A stretch of DNA of 64,000 bases, taken from the NCBI GenBank assembly GCA_026015035.1, contig JAOZHB010000070.1, forward strand, positions 15,473-79,472. Direction: 5' to 3'. A program made the translations under genes and the position numbers. Below are positions 18,569 to 29,278 of this stretch, piece after piece. The notes under the pieces are model-generated. The model ran no database searches and had not been told where the DNA came from. It worked only from the letters and a program-made list of their open reading frames with translations. The stretch is from Candidatus Bathyarchaeota archaeon (lineage in GTDB: Archaea > Thermoproteota > Bathyarchaeia > RBG-16-48-13 > GCA-020355125). How positions within the stretch are numbered: the stretch's first letter is position 1; every line of letters begins with the position of its first letter.

Positions 18569-18841
18569 ATGGCTACTGAAAGGGAAGAATCTCCTTTGTC
18601 TGAAAAAAAAGTCAACGTATTTGATCACCTGCTGGTTCCTAAACACACCCTCTTAAGCCAAGAAGAAGTTGAGAAGGTTCTAAACAAGTATCGAATAAAA
18701 CCCTATCAACTGCCCAAAATAAAGACTTCAGACCCCGCGGCAATGGCCATCCAAGCACAGTCAGGAGACGTAATCAAGATTCTCAGAAAAAGCCATACGG
18801 CTGGAGAAGCCATTGCCTATAGATATGTGGTTGAAGGCTAG
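18569..18841 (+). CDS. rpoH: DNA-directed RNA polymerase subunit H (Rpo5)
   Basis: HLLVPKHTLLSQEEVEKVLNKYRIKPYQLPKI...DPAAMAI...GDVIKILR. The start is set at Met 18569 rather than the ORF-track 18470. Confidence 0.88.
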   Translation: MATEREESPLSEKKVNVFDHLLVPKHTLLSQEEVEKVLNKYRIKPYQLPKIKTSDPAAMAIQAQSGDVIKILRKSHTAGEAIAYRYVVEG

Positions 18842-18879
18842 GCAGAGCCATCCTTACCTTAAAAAGAGAGGAAATCTTA

Positions 18880-21800
18880 ATGACTGTTTCAGACTCGGAT
18901 TTATGGTTTCTCATGCGAGCCTTCCTTGAAGAAGAAGGCTTATCGAGACAGCATCTCGACTCATATAACGACTTTATCGAAAATAACCTGCAAAGGATCA
19001 TTGATGAGGTTGGAGACATATCGATCGACGCCCCCATCAACCCCTTTAAGGTAAAGCTCAAACGAATAGAGGTTGGACGACCGAGAATAGTGGAGGTCGA
19101 TGGCTCTGATCACCCCATTTACCCAACTGAGGCTCGGCTGCGTAGCCTCTCCTACTCCGCTCCGCTGTACCTCGAAATGGCCTACACTAGCGATGACCGA
19201 GAGGGCGTTGTGGAGTACATACACATCGGTGACATTCCTGTCATGTTGAAGTCGAGGCTGTGTCTCCTCTACGGTAACTCGACGGACGCCCTAATTTCCC
19301 TCGGGGAGGACCCTTTTGACCCGGGAGGATACTTCATTGTGAACGGGTCGGAACGGGTCATTGTGGGATTGGAAGACTTGGCACCCAACCGGATCTTGGT
19401 GGATGTGGATTCCAGCGGCACGAATCCAGTGTACCGCGCCAAGGTGTTCTCTACAACGGTTGGATTCAGAGCTCGAATCACGTGTCGGATGAAGCCCAAA
19501 AAAATGATCGTCGTTTCTATACCCGGTGTCCCACAGGAGATCCCCTTCATTATCCTGATGAGAGCTCTCGGCGTTGAGTCGGATAAGGAGATCGCTGAAA
19601 TGGTTTCCCTTAACCGGGATATCCAAGACCAGCTTGAAGCCTCGTTTGACGAAGCCGTTGACATTAATACCATTGAAGACGCTATAGTCTACATTGGGAA
19701 TCGCGTTGCTCACGGTCAAGTTCGGGAGTACCGCCTCAGAAGGGCCCAAACCGTTCTTGACCGGAACTTTCTCCCTCACATCGGGAACTCACTTGAAACT
19801 CGCAGGGAAAAAGCGTACTTCCTCGGCGAAATGGCTTTGAGGATAATTGAGCTGAAGCTTGGGCTGAGAGGTGAAGATGATAAAGACCATTATGCCAACA
19901 AGCGACTCAAACTGGCTGGACCCCTCTTAGGTGACCTCTTCAGACTGGCCTTCAGAAACCTCTGCCGAGATGTGAAGTATCAGCTTGAACGTATGAGCAT
20001 CAAAAAGAGGAAGATTCGAATCTCCGCTTCAGTTCGACATGGCATCATCACGCAACGAATTAAACACGCCTTGGCCACGGGAAACTGGGGTTACGGGCGT
20101 GTAGGCATAACGCAGCTATTAGACAGAACGAATCACATCTCAACCCTAAGCCACCTGAGGCGTCTTCAGTCACCTTTAAGCCGTAGCCAACCAAACTTTG
20201 AGGCACGTGACCTCCACCCAACCCATTGGGGTAGGCTATGTCCCAACGAAACGCCAGAAGGATCGAATTGTGGTCTGGTGAAGAATCTTTCTCTCATGGC
20301 GAGCATATCCGTCAAAGTGGATTCGGAAGAGATCATGCAGTTCCTCTATGGCTTCGGCGTCATCCCCACGCAAGACGCAAGCGTCGAGTCTAAGGCGGTG
20401 GACGCTAAAGTCTTCGTAGACGGCTCTTTCATAGGATACTCCAACGATGCTGAGGCTTTGGTTTCTTATTTCAGAGCGTTGAGGAGGAGTGGGGGAATAA
20501 CCCCTGAAGCCAATGTTGCCTATTACAAAAATGAACGTGAAGAATTATTTGATGAGGTTTACGTGAACTGCGGCGCAGGAAGGGTTAGACGCCCCCTGAT
20601 AATCGTTGAAAACGGCCAACCCCAGCTTACCTCCGACCACATTGCCCAGCTCAAGCTGGGAGACCTGGAGTGGAGAGACCTAATACGCGGAGGAGTAATA
20701 GACTACATAGACGCGGAAGAGGAAGAGAACGCCCTAATCGCGTTGGATTACGACCATTTAACTCCTCAACACACGCACATGGAAATAGCGCCATACACAA
20801 TGCTGGGCATTTGCACAGCCGTCATCCCCTATCCTGAACACAATCAATCGCCACGAAACTCCTACGAGGCCGCTATGGCCAAGCAGGCCCTAGGCATGTA
20901 CAGCACCAACTACTTCAATCGAGTAGACACCCAATTCCACGTTCTCCATTATCCCCAACTTCCCTTAGTCAAGACAAAGCCCATGGACGTCTTAGGATAC
21001 TACAACCGACCGCCAGGCCAAAACTACGTGGTAGCGGTGATCTCCTTTGGAGGCTATAACATGGAAGACGCCCTCATCTTCAACAAGGCATCTATCCAAC
21101 GAGGTCTGGGTCGCTCAAGCTTCTTTCGAGTGTACAAAGCCGAAGGGCGAAGGTATTTGGGGGGCATGCAGGATAAATTTGAGATTCCTGAGGCAGGTAC
21201 GCGGGGTTTCAGAGGGGAGCAGTATTATCGTTTGTTAGAGGAGGACGGAGTCATCAGCGTCGAGTCGAGTGTGGCCGGTAACAGCGTGCTGATTGGACGG
21301 TCAAGTCCTCCTAGGTTCCTCGAGGAATACCGGGATTTTGAGGTCAGAGGCCCAACGAGAAGGGACACCTCAGTCACCATGAGGCCCACTGAGTCAGGCG
21401 TCGTGGACGACGTCTTTGTGATGAGTTCCGCCCAAGGAAGCGAGTTGGTCAAGGTCCGGGTCAGAGATGAACGAATACCTGAGTTGGGCGATAAATTCGC
21501 GTCTCGACACGGACAAAAAGGCGTGATGGGTATGCTTGTGCCCCAAGAAGACATGCCCTTCACGGAGGAGGGAGTAATGCCCGATCTTCTAATAAACCCC
21601 CACGCAATTCCCTCGCGCATGACCATAGGCCAGTTTATTGAAGCCATAGCGGGTAAGGCAGCGGCTCTGGAAGGAGAAATCATGGATGGAACGCCCTTCA
21701 GTAATCGAAAGCGAAGCGAGATCGGCGCGTTTCTTCAGCAGCATGGCTACCATTATGGGGGCAGGGAAGTCATGTATAATGGGGTGACGGGTGAGAAGCT

Positions 21801-22224
21801 GGAAGCAGATATCTTCATGGGGGTGGTCTACTATCAGAAGCTTCACCACATGGTTGCGGATAAAATGTATGCTAGAGCCCGAGGACAAGTACAAATGCTC
21901 ACAAGGCAGCCGACGGAGGGACGCGCGAGAGGCGGCGGCTTGAGATTTGGGGAGATGGAGCGGGATTGTCTGATAGGCCATGGAGCCGCATTGCTTCTCA
22001 AGGACAGGCTTCTGGAGGAATCGGACAAGGCTATCCTCTTCATATGTGAAGAATGTGGCTACTTGGCGTATTATGACTTCAGACAGAGGAAGTACATTTG
22101 TAAACTCTGTGGTGACGACGCCACCACCTCACCAATCGCCATATCCTATGCGTTCAAGCTCCTGCTTCAAGAATTGATGAGCCTCTGTATTTCACCTAAA
22201 TTGGTCTTAACGGAGAGGGCGTAA
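18880..22224 (+). CDS. rpoB: DNA-directed RNA polymerase subunit B (Rpo2), unsplit
   Basis: 1114 aa with colinear RpoB motifs (GYFIVNGSERV, GDKFASRHGQKG, GGLRFGEMERD) and a C-terminal Zn-ribbon CEECG...CKLCG. Confidence 0.97.
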   Translation: MTVSDSDLWFLMRAFLEEEGLSRQHLDSYNDFIENNLQRIIDEVGDISIDAPINPFKVKLKRIEVGRPRIVEVDGSDHPIYPTEARLRSLSYSAPLYLEMAYTSDDREGVVEYIHIGDIPVMLKSRLCLLYGNSTDALISLGEDPFDPGGYFIVNGSERVIVGLEDLAPNRILVDVDSSGTNPVYRAKVFSTTVGFRARITCRMKPKKMIVVSIPGVPQEIPFIILMRALGVESDKEIAEMVSLNRDIQDQLEASFDEAVDINTIEDAIVYIGNRVAHGQVREYRLRRAQTVLDRNFLPHIGNSLETRREKAYFLGEMALRIIELKLGLRGEDDKDHYANKRLKLAGPLLGDLFRLAFRNLCRDVKYQLERMSIKKRKIRISASVRHGIITQRIKHALATGNWGYGRVGITQLLDRTNHISTLSHLRRLQSPLSRSQPNFEARDLHPTHWGRLCPNETPEGSNCGLVKNLSLMASISVKVDSEEIMQFLYGFGVIPTQDASVESKAVDAKVFVDGSFIGYSNDAEALVSYFRALRRSGGITPEANVAYYKNEREELFDEVYVNCGAGRVRRPLIIVENGQPQLTSDHIAQLKLGDLEWRDLIRGGVIDYIDAEEEENALIALDYDHLTPQHTHMEIAPYTMLGICTAVIPYPEHNQSPRNSYEAAMAKQALGMYSTNYFNRVDTQFHVLHYPQLPLVKTKPMDVLGYYNRPPGQNYVVAVISFGGYNMEDALIFNKASIQRGLGRSSFFRVYKAEGRRYLGGMQDKFEIPEAGTRGFRGEQYYRLLEEDGVISVESSVAGNSVLIGRSSPPRFLEEYRDFEVRGPTRRDTSVTMRPTESGVVDDVFVMSSAQGSELVKVRVRDERIPELGDKFASRHGQKGVMGMLVPQEDMPFTEEGVMPDLLINPHAIPSRMTIGQFIEAIAGKAAALEGEIMDGTPFSNRKRSEIGAFLQQHGYHYGGREVMYNGVTGEKLEADIFMGVVYYQKLHHMVADKMYARARGQVQMLTRQPTEGRARGGGLRFGEMERDCLIGHGAALLLKDRLLEESDKAILFICEECGYLAYYDFRQRKYICKLCGDDATTSPIAISYAFKLLLQELMSLCISPKLVLTERA

Positions 22225-22225
22225 A

Positions 22226-25200
22226 ATGGCAAGCGTTCAAGAAGGACCCTACAAAATCGTTGATGGAATAAAGTTCGGCGTGGTATCTCCCAGTACCATC
22301 CGACGACTTTCCGTAGTAGAAGTTCAGATGGCTGACACCTACGACGAAGATGGACTGCCCATAAGCTCAGGGTTAATGGATGGACGCTTCGGAACCCTTG
22401 AACCCCGACAGAGATGTAGGACATGTGGTAACACCGCGTCCCGATGCACTGGACACTTCGGCCACATAGAACTCGCGGCCCCCGTTGTCCACATCATCTT
22501 TATTAAATTAATTTATAAGCTACTTCGCGTAACCTGTAGAGCCTGCGGGCGACTTCTCCTCGATGAAAACCAAATAACGGAATACAAGGAAAAGATTGAG
22601 CGGGAGAGGAGAATGCTTGGAACTCCTTCAGAGGAGTTATTCAAGGAAATAGAGAAAAAGGCTAAAAGGCCCTCGACCTGTCCCCACTGTGGCGCTAATC
22701 AACATAAAGTAAGCTTCATTAAGCCAACGAGCTTTCAGGAAATATTGAGTGAAGGCGGAGCCTACAATCTCACGCCAAACATAATCAGGGAACGCCTGGA
22801 GCGAATGACAGACGACGATTTACGCGTCTTAGGATTGGCTCCCGAAGTAGCACGGCCTGAGTGGACGATTCTTCGGGTTCTACCCGTTCCACCCGTCTAC
22901 GTTCGTCCCTCCATCACGCTGGAGTCTGGCGTGCGGTCGGAAGACGACCTCACCCACAAACTGGTCGACATCATCCGAATCAACCAGCGGCTGAAGGAAA
23001 ACATCGAGGCGGGAGCTCCAACCCTGATCGTTCAGGATCTCTCCGAGCTTCTACAATATCACGTAACCACCTACTTTAACAATGAGGTCTCGGGCATTCC
23101 TCCGGCACGCCATCGGTCAGGCAGAGCCCTTAAAACCCTTTCCCAGCGACTGAAGGGGAAGGAAGGCCGGTTCAGAACTAACCTCTCAGGGAAGCGAGTT
23201 GACTTCTCAGCCAGAACCGTCATCTCTCCCGACGTCAACCTGGACATCAATGAGGTCGGCGTACCCATCGAAATCGCTAAACGCTTGACTATTCCTAAAA
23301 GGGTGACCTTTTGGAACATAGACGACTTGAAGAAGCTTGTGGAAAACGGGCCAGACACTTATCCCGGAGCCCTATACGTTGTCAGGCCGGACGGAAAACG
23401 AATTCGACTTGAATTTGTTACCGAACGAAAGAAGATAGCGGAGGCCATTCTACCCGGATTCGTCGTCGAGCGCCATCTAACGGACGGCGATGTCGTCATC
23501 TTCAACAGGCAGCCGTCCCTCCATAGGATGTCCATAATGGCCCATCAGGCGCGCGTGCTCCCCTATAAAACGTTCCGTCTTCACCTCTGTGTCTGCACAC
23601 CCTACAACGCCGACTTCGACGGAGATGAAATGAACCTTCACCTCCCTCAAAGCGAAGAAGCGCAGACGGAAGCCCGCCTTTTAATGGCGGTTCAAGACCA
23701 AATCCTCTCCCCACGATATGGTGGCCCAATCATCGGGGCGACGAGGGACTTCTTGAGTTCAGCCTACATCTTAACGCGTAACTCCACAAGGTTAACCAAA
23801 ACAGAGGTCAGTCGCCTCCTATCAGCTGCTCGCTACGAAGGACCAATACCCAACCCCTTCACAGAGACCCCTGAACCTCTCTGGACTGGCAAACAAATCT
23901 TCAGCCTGTTCATCCCAAAGGGCGTCAACTACGTCTTAAAGGCAAGCATCTGTCAACGATGTGACGTTTGTAAATACGAGGATTGTGAATACGACGCCTA
24001 TGTAGTTGTCAAGGACGGCGTTCTTGAGAGAGGTGTGATTGATAGGAACTCCATAGGCGCCGAAAGATCAGAAAGCCTCTATCATCGAATCGTCAAGGAC
24101 TACGGGACCGAGGTCGGAGGAAGACGCTTCTTAAACGCGATAAGCAAACTCCTCTCCGAGTTCATTACCATGAAAGGATTCACTTACACCTTAGACGAGT
24201 TAGAACTGACCAAAGAAACCTATGACAAAATTAATAATACCATACAAAAAGCGAATCGTAACATCCAAGAATTAATATCCAACTATCAAAACAGGACGCT
24301 TCCAAGGCTTCCCGGACAAACCCTCGATGAATCTCTGGAACTCTACATCATGAATGAGCTTGCAACGGCCCGAGATGATGCAGGAGCCGTCGCCGACGAA
24401 TTCTTCGGAATGGAGAACCACGGGATAATCATGACTAGAACTGGCGCTAGAGGCTCAAGCTTAAACATCGGACAGATGACTGCCTGCCTAGGTCAGCAAG
24501 CCGTACGAGGTAAACGAATCTTTAGAGGCTATAGGGATCGGGCACTCCCCCACTTTGAGCCAAAGGACCCCAGTCCCAAGGCCAGGGGATTCGTGGGTTC
24601 AGGCTTCAGAGATGGCTTAGACCCCATCGAATTCTTCTTTCACGCGTTAGGTGGGAGAGAAGGCTTGGTAGATACCGCGGTACGCACGCAACAAAGCGGG
24701 TACATGCAAAGACGACTGATAAACGCCTTAGAATTCCTCCGCGTTGAACATGACAGCACCGTCAGGGATTCGAGGGGAAACATCGTCGAGTTCGAATACG
24801 GGGAAGACGGAGTGGATCCCGCGAAAAGCGATCATGGAAAGGCCGTGAACATCAAAGGCCTCATCGAGAGAATTAAAATAATGGTTGAAGAGGATGAGCC
24901 CGCATCAAGAGAATACATTGAAGAACAAATGGAGCGGGTTGAAAAGGAGTTAAATCCCCTCCTCGCCAGCGAACTTAAAAGCCAATCCTTGGAGAACTCG
25001 CTGAGTGAAAAGGCCGTTCAACAACTCTTTCCACTGGTCGTCGAAAACTTTGAGAAAGCGCTGGTTGAGCCGGGAGAGGCTGTGGGAATCATCGCCGCTC
25101 AATCCATAGGAGAACCTGGGACCCAGATGACTCTGCGGACGTTTCACTATGCCGGAGTTAAAGAGAGAAACGTTACTCTCGGCCTTCCACGACTAATTGA

Positions 25201-26044
25201 AATCGTTGACGCGCGGAGACGTCCATCAACGCCGATCATGACTATCCACTTAGACGAGGCCCATCGTACCAGCAAGGAAAAGGCAACGGAAGTCGCTAGA
25301 GAACTTGTTTGTACGTCGTTAGGGGACATTTCCTCCAGACAATATATTGATTCCATCCAATCCACTCTCGTCGTCCAACTGGACGCGTCTATAATGAATG
25401 AGCGGGGAGTCACCGACGAAGACTTGGAAAACATTAAGGTTCCTAATTTTACTGTGAGCCTTGAACAAGGCGCCCTCATTTTCACTCCTAAAGACATCAA
25501 AAGACTGAATAAAATGAATGAAAAAGCCCCCAAGATTCTGGTCAAGGGGTGTAAAGGAATTCAGCGGGCCCTCGTGTCTTATGAAGACGGTGAATGGATA
25601 ATTACGACAGAAGGCTCCAATTTACCCAGTGTCCTGAAGGTTCTAGGGGTTGACCTCGCTAGAACGATGACCAACGACGCCCATGAGGTCGCAAAGGTCT
25701 TAGGCATAGAAGCCGCTAGAAACTTGTTGATGAAAGAAGCGGGAGACGTTTTAGAGGAACAGGGACTTGACGTTGACATCCGACACATCATGTTAGTCTC
25801 AGACATCATGTGTCAAACAGGGGAGGTTCGCCAGATAGGCCGCCACGGCGTTAGCGGAGAGAAGGCAAGCGTAATTGCAAAGGCCGCGTTCGAGGTAACG
25901 GTTGCCACCCTCGTCGACGCTGCTGTAACGGGAAAGGAGGACATGTTCAAGGGAGCAACAGAATCCGTGATTGTCGGACAGAGTATCCCCGTTGGCACCG
26001 GCCTGATAGAATTGTACATGGGGCATAAAACCTCACCCGCATAG
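22226..26044 (+). CDS. rpoA: DNA-directed RNA polymerase subunit A (Rpo1), A' and A'' parts fused in one ORF
   Basis: 1272 aa. The N-terminal Zn motifs, NADFDGDEMN active site and the A''-type AAQSIGEPGTQMTLRTFHYAGV segment all lie in a single frame. The ancestral A'' start probably corresponds to the Met at 24929. Confidence 0.95.
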   Translation: MASVQEGPYKIVDGIKFGVVSPSTIRRLSVVEVQMADTYDEDGLPISSGLMDGRFGTLEPRQRCRTCGNTASRCTGHFGHIELAAPVVHIIFIKLIYKLLRVTCRACGRLLLDENQITEYKEKIERERRMLGTPSEELFKEIEKKAKRPSTCPHCGANQHKVSFIKPTSFQEILSEGGAYNLTPNIIRERLERMTDDDLRVLGLAPEVARPEWTILRVLPVPPVYVRPSITLESGVRSEDDLTHKLVDIIRINQRLKENIEAGAPTLIVQDLSELLQYHVTTYFNNEVSGIPPARHRSGRALKTLSQRLKGKEGRFRTNLSGKRVDFSARTVISPDVNLDINEVGVPIEIAKRLTIPKRVTFWNIDDLKKLVENGPDTYPGALYVVRPDGKRIRLEFVTERKKIAEAILPGFVVERHLTDGDVVIFNRQPSLHRMSIMAHQARVLPYKTFRLHLCVCTPYNADFDGDEMNLHLPQSEEAQTEARLLMAVQDQILSPRYGGPIIGATRDFLSSAYILTRNSTRLTKTEVSRLLSAARYEGPIPNPFTETPEPLWTGKQIFSLFIPKGVNYVLKASICQRCDVCKYEDCEYDAYVVVKDGVLERGVIDRNSIGAERSESLYHRIVKDYGTEVGGRRFLNAISKLLSEFITMKGFTYTLDELELTKETYDKINNTIQKANRNIQELISNYQNRTLPRLPGQTLDESLELYIMNELATARDDAGAVADEFFGMENHGIIMTRTGARGSSLNIGQMTACLGQQAVRGKRIFRGYRDRALPHFEPKDPSPKARGFVGSGFRDGLDPIEFFFHALGGREGLVDTAVRTQQSGYMQRRLINALEFLRVEHDSTVRDSRGNIVEFEYGEDGVDPAKSDHGKAVNIKGLIERIKIMVEEDEPASREYIEEQMERVEKELNPLLASELKSQSLENSLSEKAVQQLFPLVVENFEKALVEPGEAVGIIAAQSIGEPGTQMTLRTFHYAGVKERNVTLGLPRLIEIVDARRRPSTPIMTIHLDEAHRTSKEKATEVARELVCTSLGDISSRQYIDSIQSTLVVQLDASIMNERGVTDEDLENIKVPNFTVSLEQGALIFTPKDIKRLNKMNEKAPKILVKGCKGIQRALVSYEDGEWIITTEGSNLPSVLKVLGVDLARTMTNDAHEVAKVLGIEAARNLLMKEAGDVLEEQGLDVDIRHIMLVSDIMCQTGEVRQIGRHGVSGEKASVIAKAAFEVTVATLVDAAVTGKEDMFKGATESVIVGQSIPVGTGLIELYMGHKTSPA

Positions 26045-26089
26045 ACGTAATGTAAAAACGGAGAGGAAAAGCAAAGGAGCAAACCAGGT

Positions 26090-26395
26090 ATGATCGACTT
26101 CGAAAAGGTGATAAAAACAACCAGTAAATCGGGGAGAATGTTTTTAGGCGCCAAGAAAGCCATGGAAGCGGCTCAAAGCGGAAAGGCCGTTGCCTTAATT
26201 GTTGCTTCCAACTGTCCTCAAGGCATTCTACGCCAGCTCAAGCACCACGCCGCTCTCTCAAACATGCCAGTGCATACGTATCCAAGCACCAGTGCAGATT
26301 TAGGAATGGTGTGCGGCAAACCCTTCGCCGTGTCTGCTGTGACTATACGAACGCTGTCTGATTCCAGTCTCCTCAAAGCGTTGAAAGAGGCATAG
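26090..26395 (+). CDS. rpl30e: 50S ribosomal protein L30e
   Basis: 101 aa: GRMFLGAKKAMEAAQSGKAVALIVASNCP and a conserved position after rpoA. Confidence 0.88.
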   Translation: MIDFEKVIKTTSKSGRMFLGAKKAMEAAQSGKAVALIVASNCPQGILRQLKHHAALSNMPVHTYPSTSADLGMVCGKPFAVSAVTIRTLSDSSLLKALKEA

Positions 26396-26475
26396 CTTAG
26401 ATGCGGGAGATGCGAAAGTAAATATAGTAGTTTGAAAATGTCTAATAGAACCGACGTGAAGAAAAAGGTTAAAGC

Positions 26476-26913
26476 ATGACTCAGAAAATTCGGTTGACAA
26501 GCAACGAAATGAGTTACATCGCGCTGTTTGAAAACGTTACTGGGGCAGTGGCAACCGACTGCATAATCGATGAAGAGCGGGACAGAATAATCTTTGTGGT
26601 GAAGCCCGGCGATGTGGGGTTGGCCATCGGCAAACACGGGTCCCGGATCAAGCTGGTGAAACGCATGGTCCAAAAAGACATCGAAGTCGTCGAGTATGCA
26701 GATAAGCCCGAAGCCTTCATACGGAATTCCTTCGCTCCCGCCAGAATCAAAGAGATACGTATAACCGACCGACTTGACAACAGGAAAGTGGCTGTTGTAA
26801 CGGTTGAGAACAAAGATAAAGGCATCGCCATTGGTAAGAGTGGAAAGACAGCTGAACGAACGCGTTTCCTCGCGAAACGATATTTCCAAATTGACAACGT
26901 AGTCATAAGATGA
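26476..26913 (+). CDS. nusA: archaeal NusA-like transcription termination/antitermination protein (two KH domains)
   Basis: 145 aa with GLAIGKHGSRIK and GIAIGKSGKTAE KH-type GxxG loops, in a conserved position after rpl30e. Confidence 0.9.
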   Translation: MTQKIRLTSNEMSYIALFENVTGAVATDCIIDEERDRIIFVVKPGDVGLAIGKHGSRIKLVKRMVQKDIEVVEYADKPEAFIRNSFAPARIKEIRITDRLDNRKVAVVTVENKDKGIAIGKSGKTAERTRFLAKRYFQIDNVVIR

Positions 26914-26951
26914 GAAGAATTATAACGGTAGTTTTACCCATATTCCATTTT

Positions 26952-26959
26952 AGCTAGCT
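26952..26959. repeat. AGCTAGCT palindrome 39 bp after the nusA stop
   Basis: Read directly (tttAGCTAGCTtta). Confidence 0.85.
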
Positions 26960-27394
26960 TTAGTCGTCGATGTTTTATTATCATCTTTTAAAATTCTCTT
27001 TCAGCCTTGACTTTTGCTTAAGGATTATCCTGAAGCGTTTAGAGCTTAGTTTTTATCCTCATTGATGAATCATCAAATCCCGATAATTCTACCGTGTTAT
27101 CCGTCATAAAGTAGAAACAGGCCTTAGATCCACTCACCTTTTTCTTTTTCGTTTCATTCCCAGCATACAGACAGAACTCTGTGTGAAACAGAAGACTTCA
27201 GAAATGGGTTATGACTTGAAGTTGAAGAATGTATAAGACATTATCGAAAGGGCGGGTTAAAACATGTTCTTCCGTTAGTATGCTTTCTATGACCTAACAC
27301 ACCACTCTCGATTTATCACATATTTACATATAACGTTTATATTTCCATTCATCTTGCATAAATAACAAATAACGGACTGTAAAGGAGATGCGGT

Positions 27395-28231
27395 ATGCCT
27401 TATAAATTTCAAAAGGGTATGATGTATAGGATGCCCACTCATTTTGGCCCCGCCTATGGGCCAAGACAAGGAGAGGGCGGTAAAAAATTTGCTAACCTAG
27501 ACTCGCCAAAATCAACGTCGATGTCAGTCAGCTTTCTGACTAACAAAGAACAGCTTGAAGAGTTTTTACCAGAGGGCTTTGAGTTGGGGTCTACACCGGT
27601 GGTAACAGTCGGGGCTAGTTACATGACTGAGATAGAGTGGCTAGCGGGTCGTGGATATAACACGCTTGGCGTCAGCTTTCCCGCGGTCTTTAATGGAAAA
27701 AAGGACCACGCCGTCGGTAGATTCCTAACGGTTCTCTGGGAGAACCTTACAGATCCAATTCTGACTGGACGTGAGGAGCTGGGATTCTCAAAAATTTATT
27801 GTGAACTTCCAGAACCACGCACAATTAACGGACAAACCCATTGCATCGCCAGTTGGATGGGCTTCAAGTTCCTGGACTTGAAACTGTGGAACATGAAAAA
27901 ACAGTCATTAGACGACGTCACTAAATCTCCACGAAGGCAAAGAAATGATGGAACTTTACATTATAAGTACATGCCCCGAACCGGTGAATGGGGGACACCT
28001 GACATAAAATACGCAGTGCTTACTCCTTCTGGCAATTCTAACTCAGTTGTACAAGAGGTGTGGCGAGGTGAGGGTTCAGTGCAGTTTCATAAAGCCACTT
28101 GGGAAGACCTGCCTACCCAGTTCAACATAGTCAATGCGATCCATGGCCTTGAGATAAAAGAGTATCGTGGAGCTTCGTTCGTCAAGTCTGTTGGCGGAAA
28201 AGACTTGAGTGATCAGCGTATTCTACAATAA
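27395..28231 (+). CDS. acetoacetate decarboxylase-family protein
   Basis: 278 aa. YRMPTHFGP, LTDPILTGREELGFSKIY parallels ADC GRELSAYPKK, which contains the Schiff-base Lys region. The actual substrate is unknown. Confidence 0.65.
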   Translation: MPYKFQKGMMYRMPTHFGPAYGPRQGEGGKKFANLDSPKSTSMSVSFLTNKEQLEEFLPEGFELGSTPVVTVGASYMTEIEWLAGRGYNTLGVSFPAVFNGKKDHAVGRFLTVLWENLTDPILTGREELGFSKIYCELPEPRTINGQTHCIASWMGFKFLDLKLWNMKKQSLDDVTKSPRRQRNDGTLHYKYMPRTGEWGTPDIKYAVLTPSGNSNSVVQEVWRGEGSVQFHKATWEDLPTQFNIVNAIHGLEIKEYRGASFVKSVGGKDLSDQRILQ

Positions 28232-28295
28232 GTCTACAGTTTAGCTATGTCCCTTCTATATTTGTTATTGAGGCCATCTTGTATCACTAATATAC

Positions 28296-29273
28296 ATGGA
28301 ATTCAAGATACCTAAAACGGTGGGAGACGTAGATATGACATCAACGGAGTCACATCAAGTTATAGAAAAAGCGATCAACAGGATAGCTTGCATTGGGGCT
28401 GGGGTCATCGGTCACAGTTGGGCCACGTTCTTCTCCATGAAAGGATACACTGTTTACCTTCACGATATCAATGAGGAGGTTATTCAGAGGGGTCTCCGCT
28501 GGATAAAAACGGCATTAGATCTTTGTGCAGAAAAAAGATTGATTGATGAACGAGACGCGGAGGCAGCAATCAATAGGGTGAAGCCGACAATTAACATGTC
28601 CGAGGCTGTGTCAGATGCCGACTATATTGTTGAGTCGGTTCTTGAAAACTATGATGTAAAGAAGAAGGTTTTCAGAGAGATAGACGCAATGGCTCCCGAG
28701 GAAGCGATTATAGCCAGCAGCTCGTCTTTCCTGCTGATGACAGAAATACAAAAAGTGACTAAGAGGCCTGAGAGATGCATAGAAGTTCATCCCTATAACC
28801 CACCCCACCTCATCCCTTTGGTCGAAATAGTTCCAGGCCAAGCAACCTCCATGACCACAGTGGCACGCACATTCCAATTCATGAAGAGCCTCGGTAAGGT
28901 TCCTATTGTGCCGAAGAAAGAAGTTGCAGGATACATCGCTAACAGGCTGCAAAGAGCTCTGAATCGGGAGGCCCATGACCTCGTGAACAGTGGTGTCGCA
29001 AGTGTCGAAGACGTCGACAAAGCGTTGTCAGCTGGTCCAGGCATTCGATGGGCGATTTATGGCCCCTTTCTTGTGAGCTATTTCAACACCCCTTCACACT
29101 TAATGCGTGAAGGTACACTGTCAGGAATGGTGAAAGAAGGGTATCGGGAATACAGTCTGTTGAAGGGAAAAACCTTTGACGACATGGTTCGGTGGAGAGA
29201 CAGCATGTTGGTAGACACCCTGCGCGTCTTGCAGTACCTCCCTGAATGTAGTGCGGAAGAGTCATTATCTTAG
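28296..29273 (+). CDS. NAD-dependent 3-hydroxyacyl dehydrogenase, L-carnitine dehydrogenase/CRYL1-like subgroup
   Basis: Rossmann IACIGAGVIGHSWATFFSMKGYTVYLHD, HPYNPPHLIPLVEIV, GYIANRLQ. Confidence 0.75.
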   Translation: MEFKIPKTVGDVDMTSTESHQVIEKAINRIACIGAGVIGHSWATFFSMKGYTVYLHDINEEVIQRGLRWIKTALDLCAEKRLIDERDAEAAINRVKPTINMSEAVSDADYIVESVLENYDVKKKVFREIDAMAPEEAIIASSSSFLLMTEIQKVTKRPERCIEVHPYNPPHLIPLVEIVPGQATSMTTVARTFQFMKSLGKVPIVPKKEVAGYIANRLQRALNREAHDLVNSGVASVEDVDKALSAGPGIRWAIYGPFLVSYFNTPSHLMREGTLSGMVKEGYREYSLLKGKTFDDMVRWRDSMLVDTLRVLQYLPECSAEESLS

Positions 29274-29278
29274 TTGAC

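Noticed and set aside
545-26044. Inteins in PolD DP2, RpoB or RpoA.
   Set aside because: The protein lengths (1146, 1114 and 1272 aa) and the uninterrupted motif order leave no room for an intein-sized insertion.
19269-26163. Numerous antisense or out-of-frame ORFs overlapping rpoB and rpoA (for example 19291..19779, 21225..21683, 21589..21981, 25147..25545, 25813..26163).
   Set aside because: They are shadow ORFs of highly conserved genes, and none has recognisable domains.
26218-26906. 223-aa and 130-aa minus-strand ORFs covering rpl30e and nusA.
   Set aside because: They are antisense to two well-supported conserved genes in their canonical order and have no motifs.
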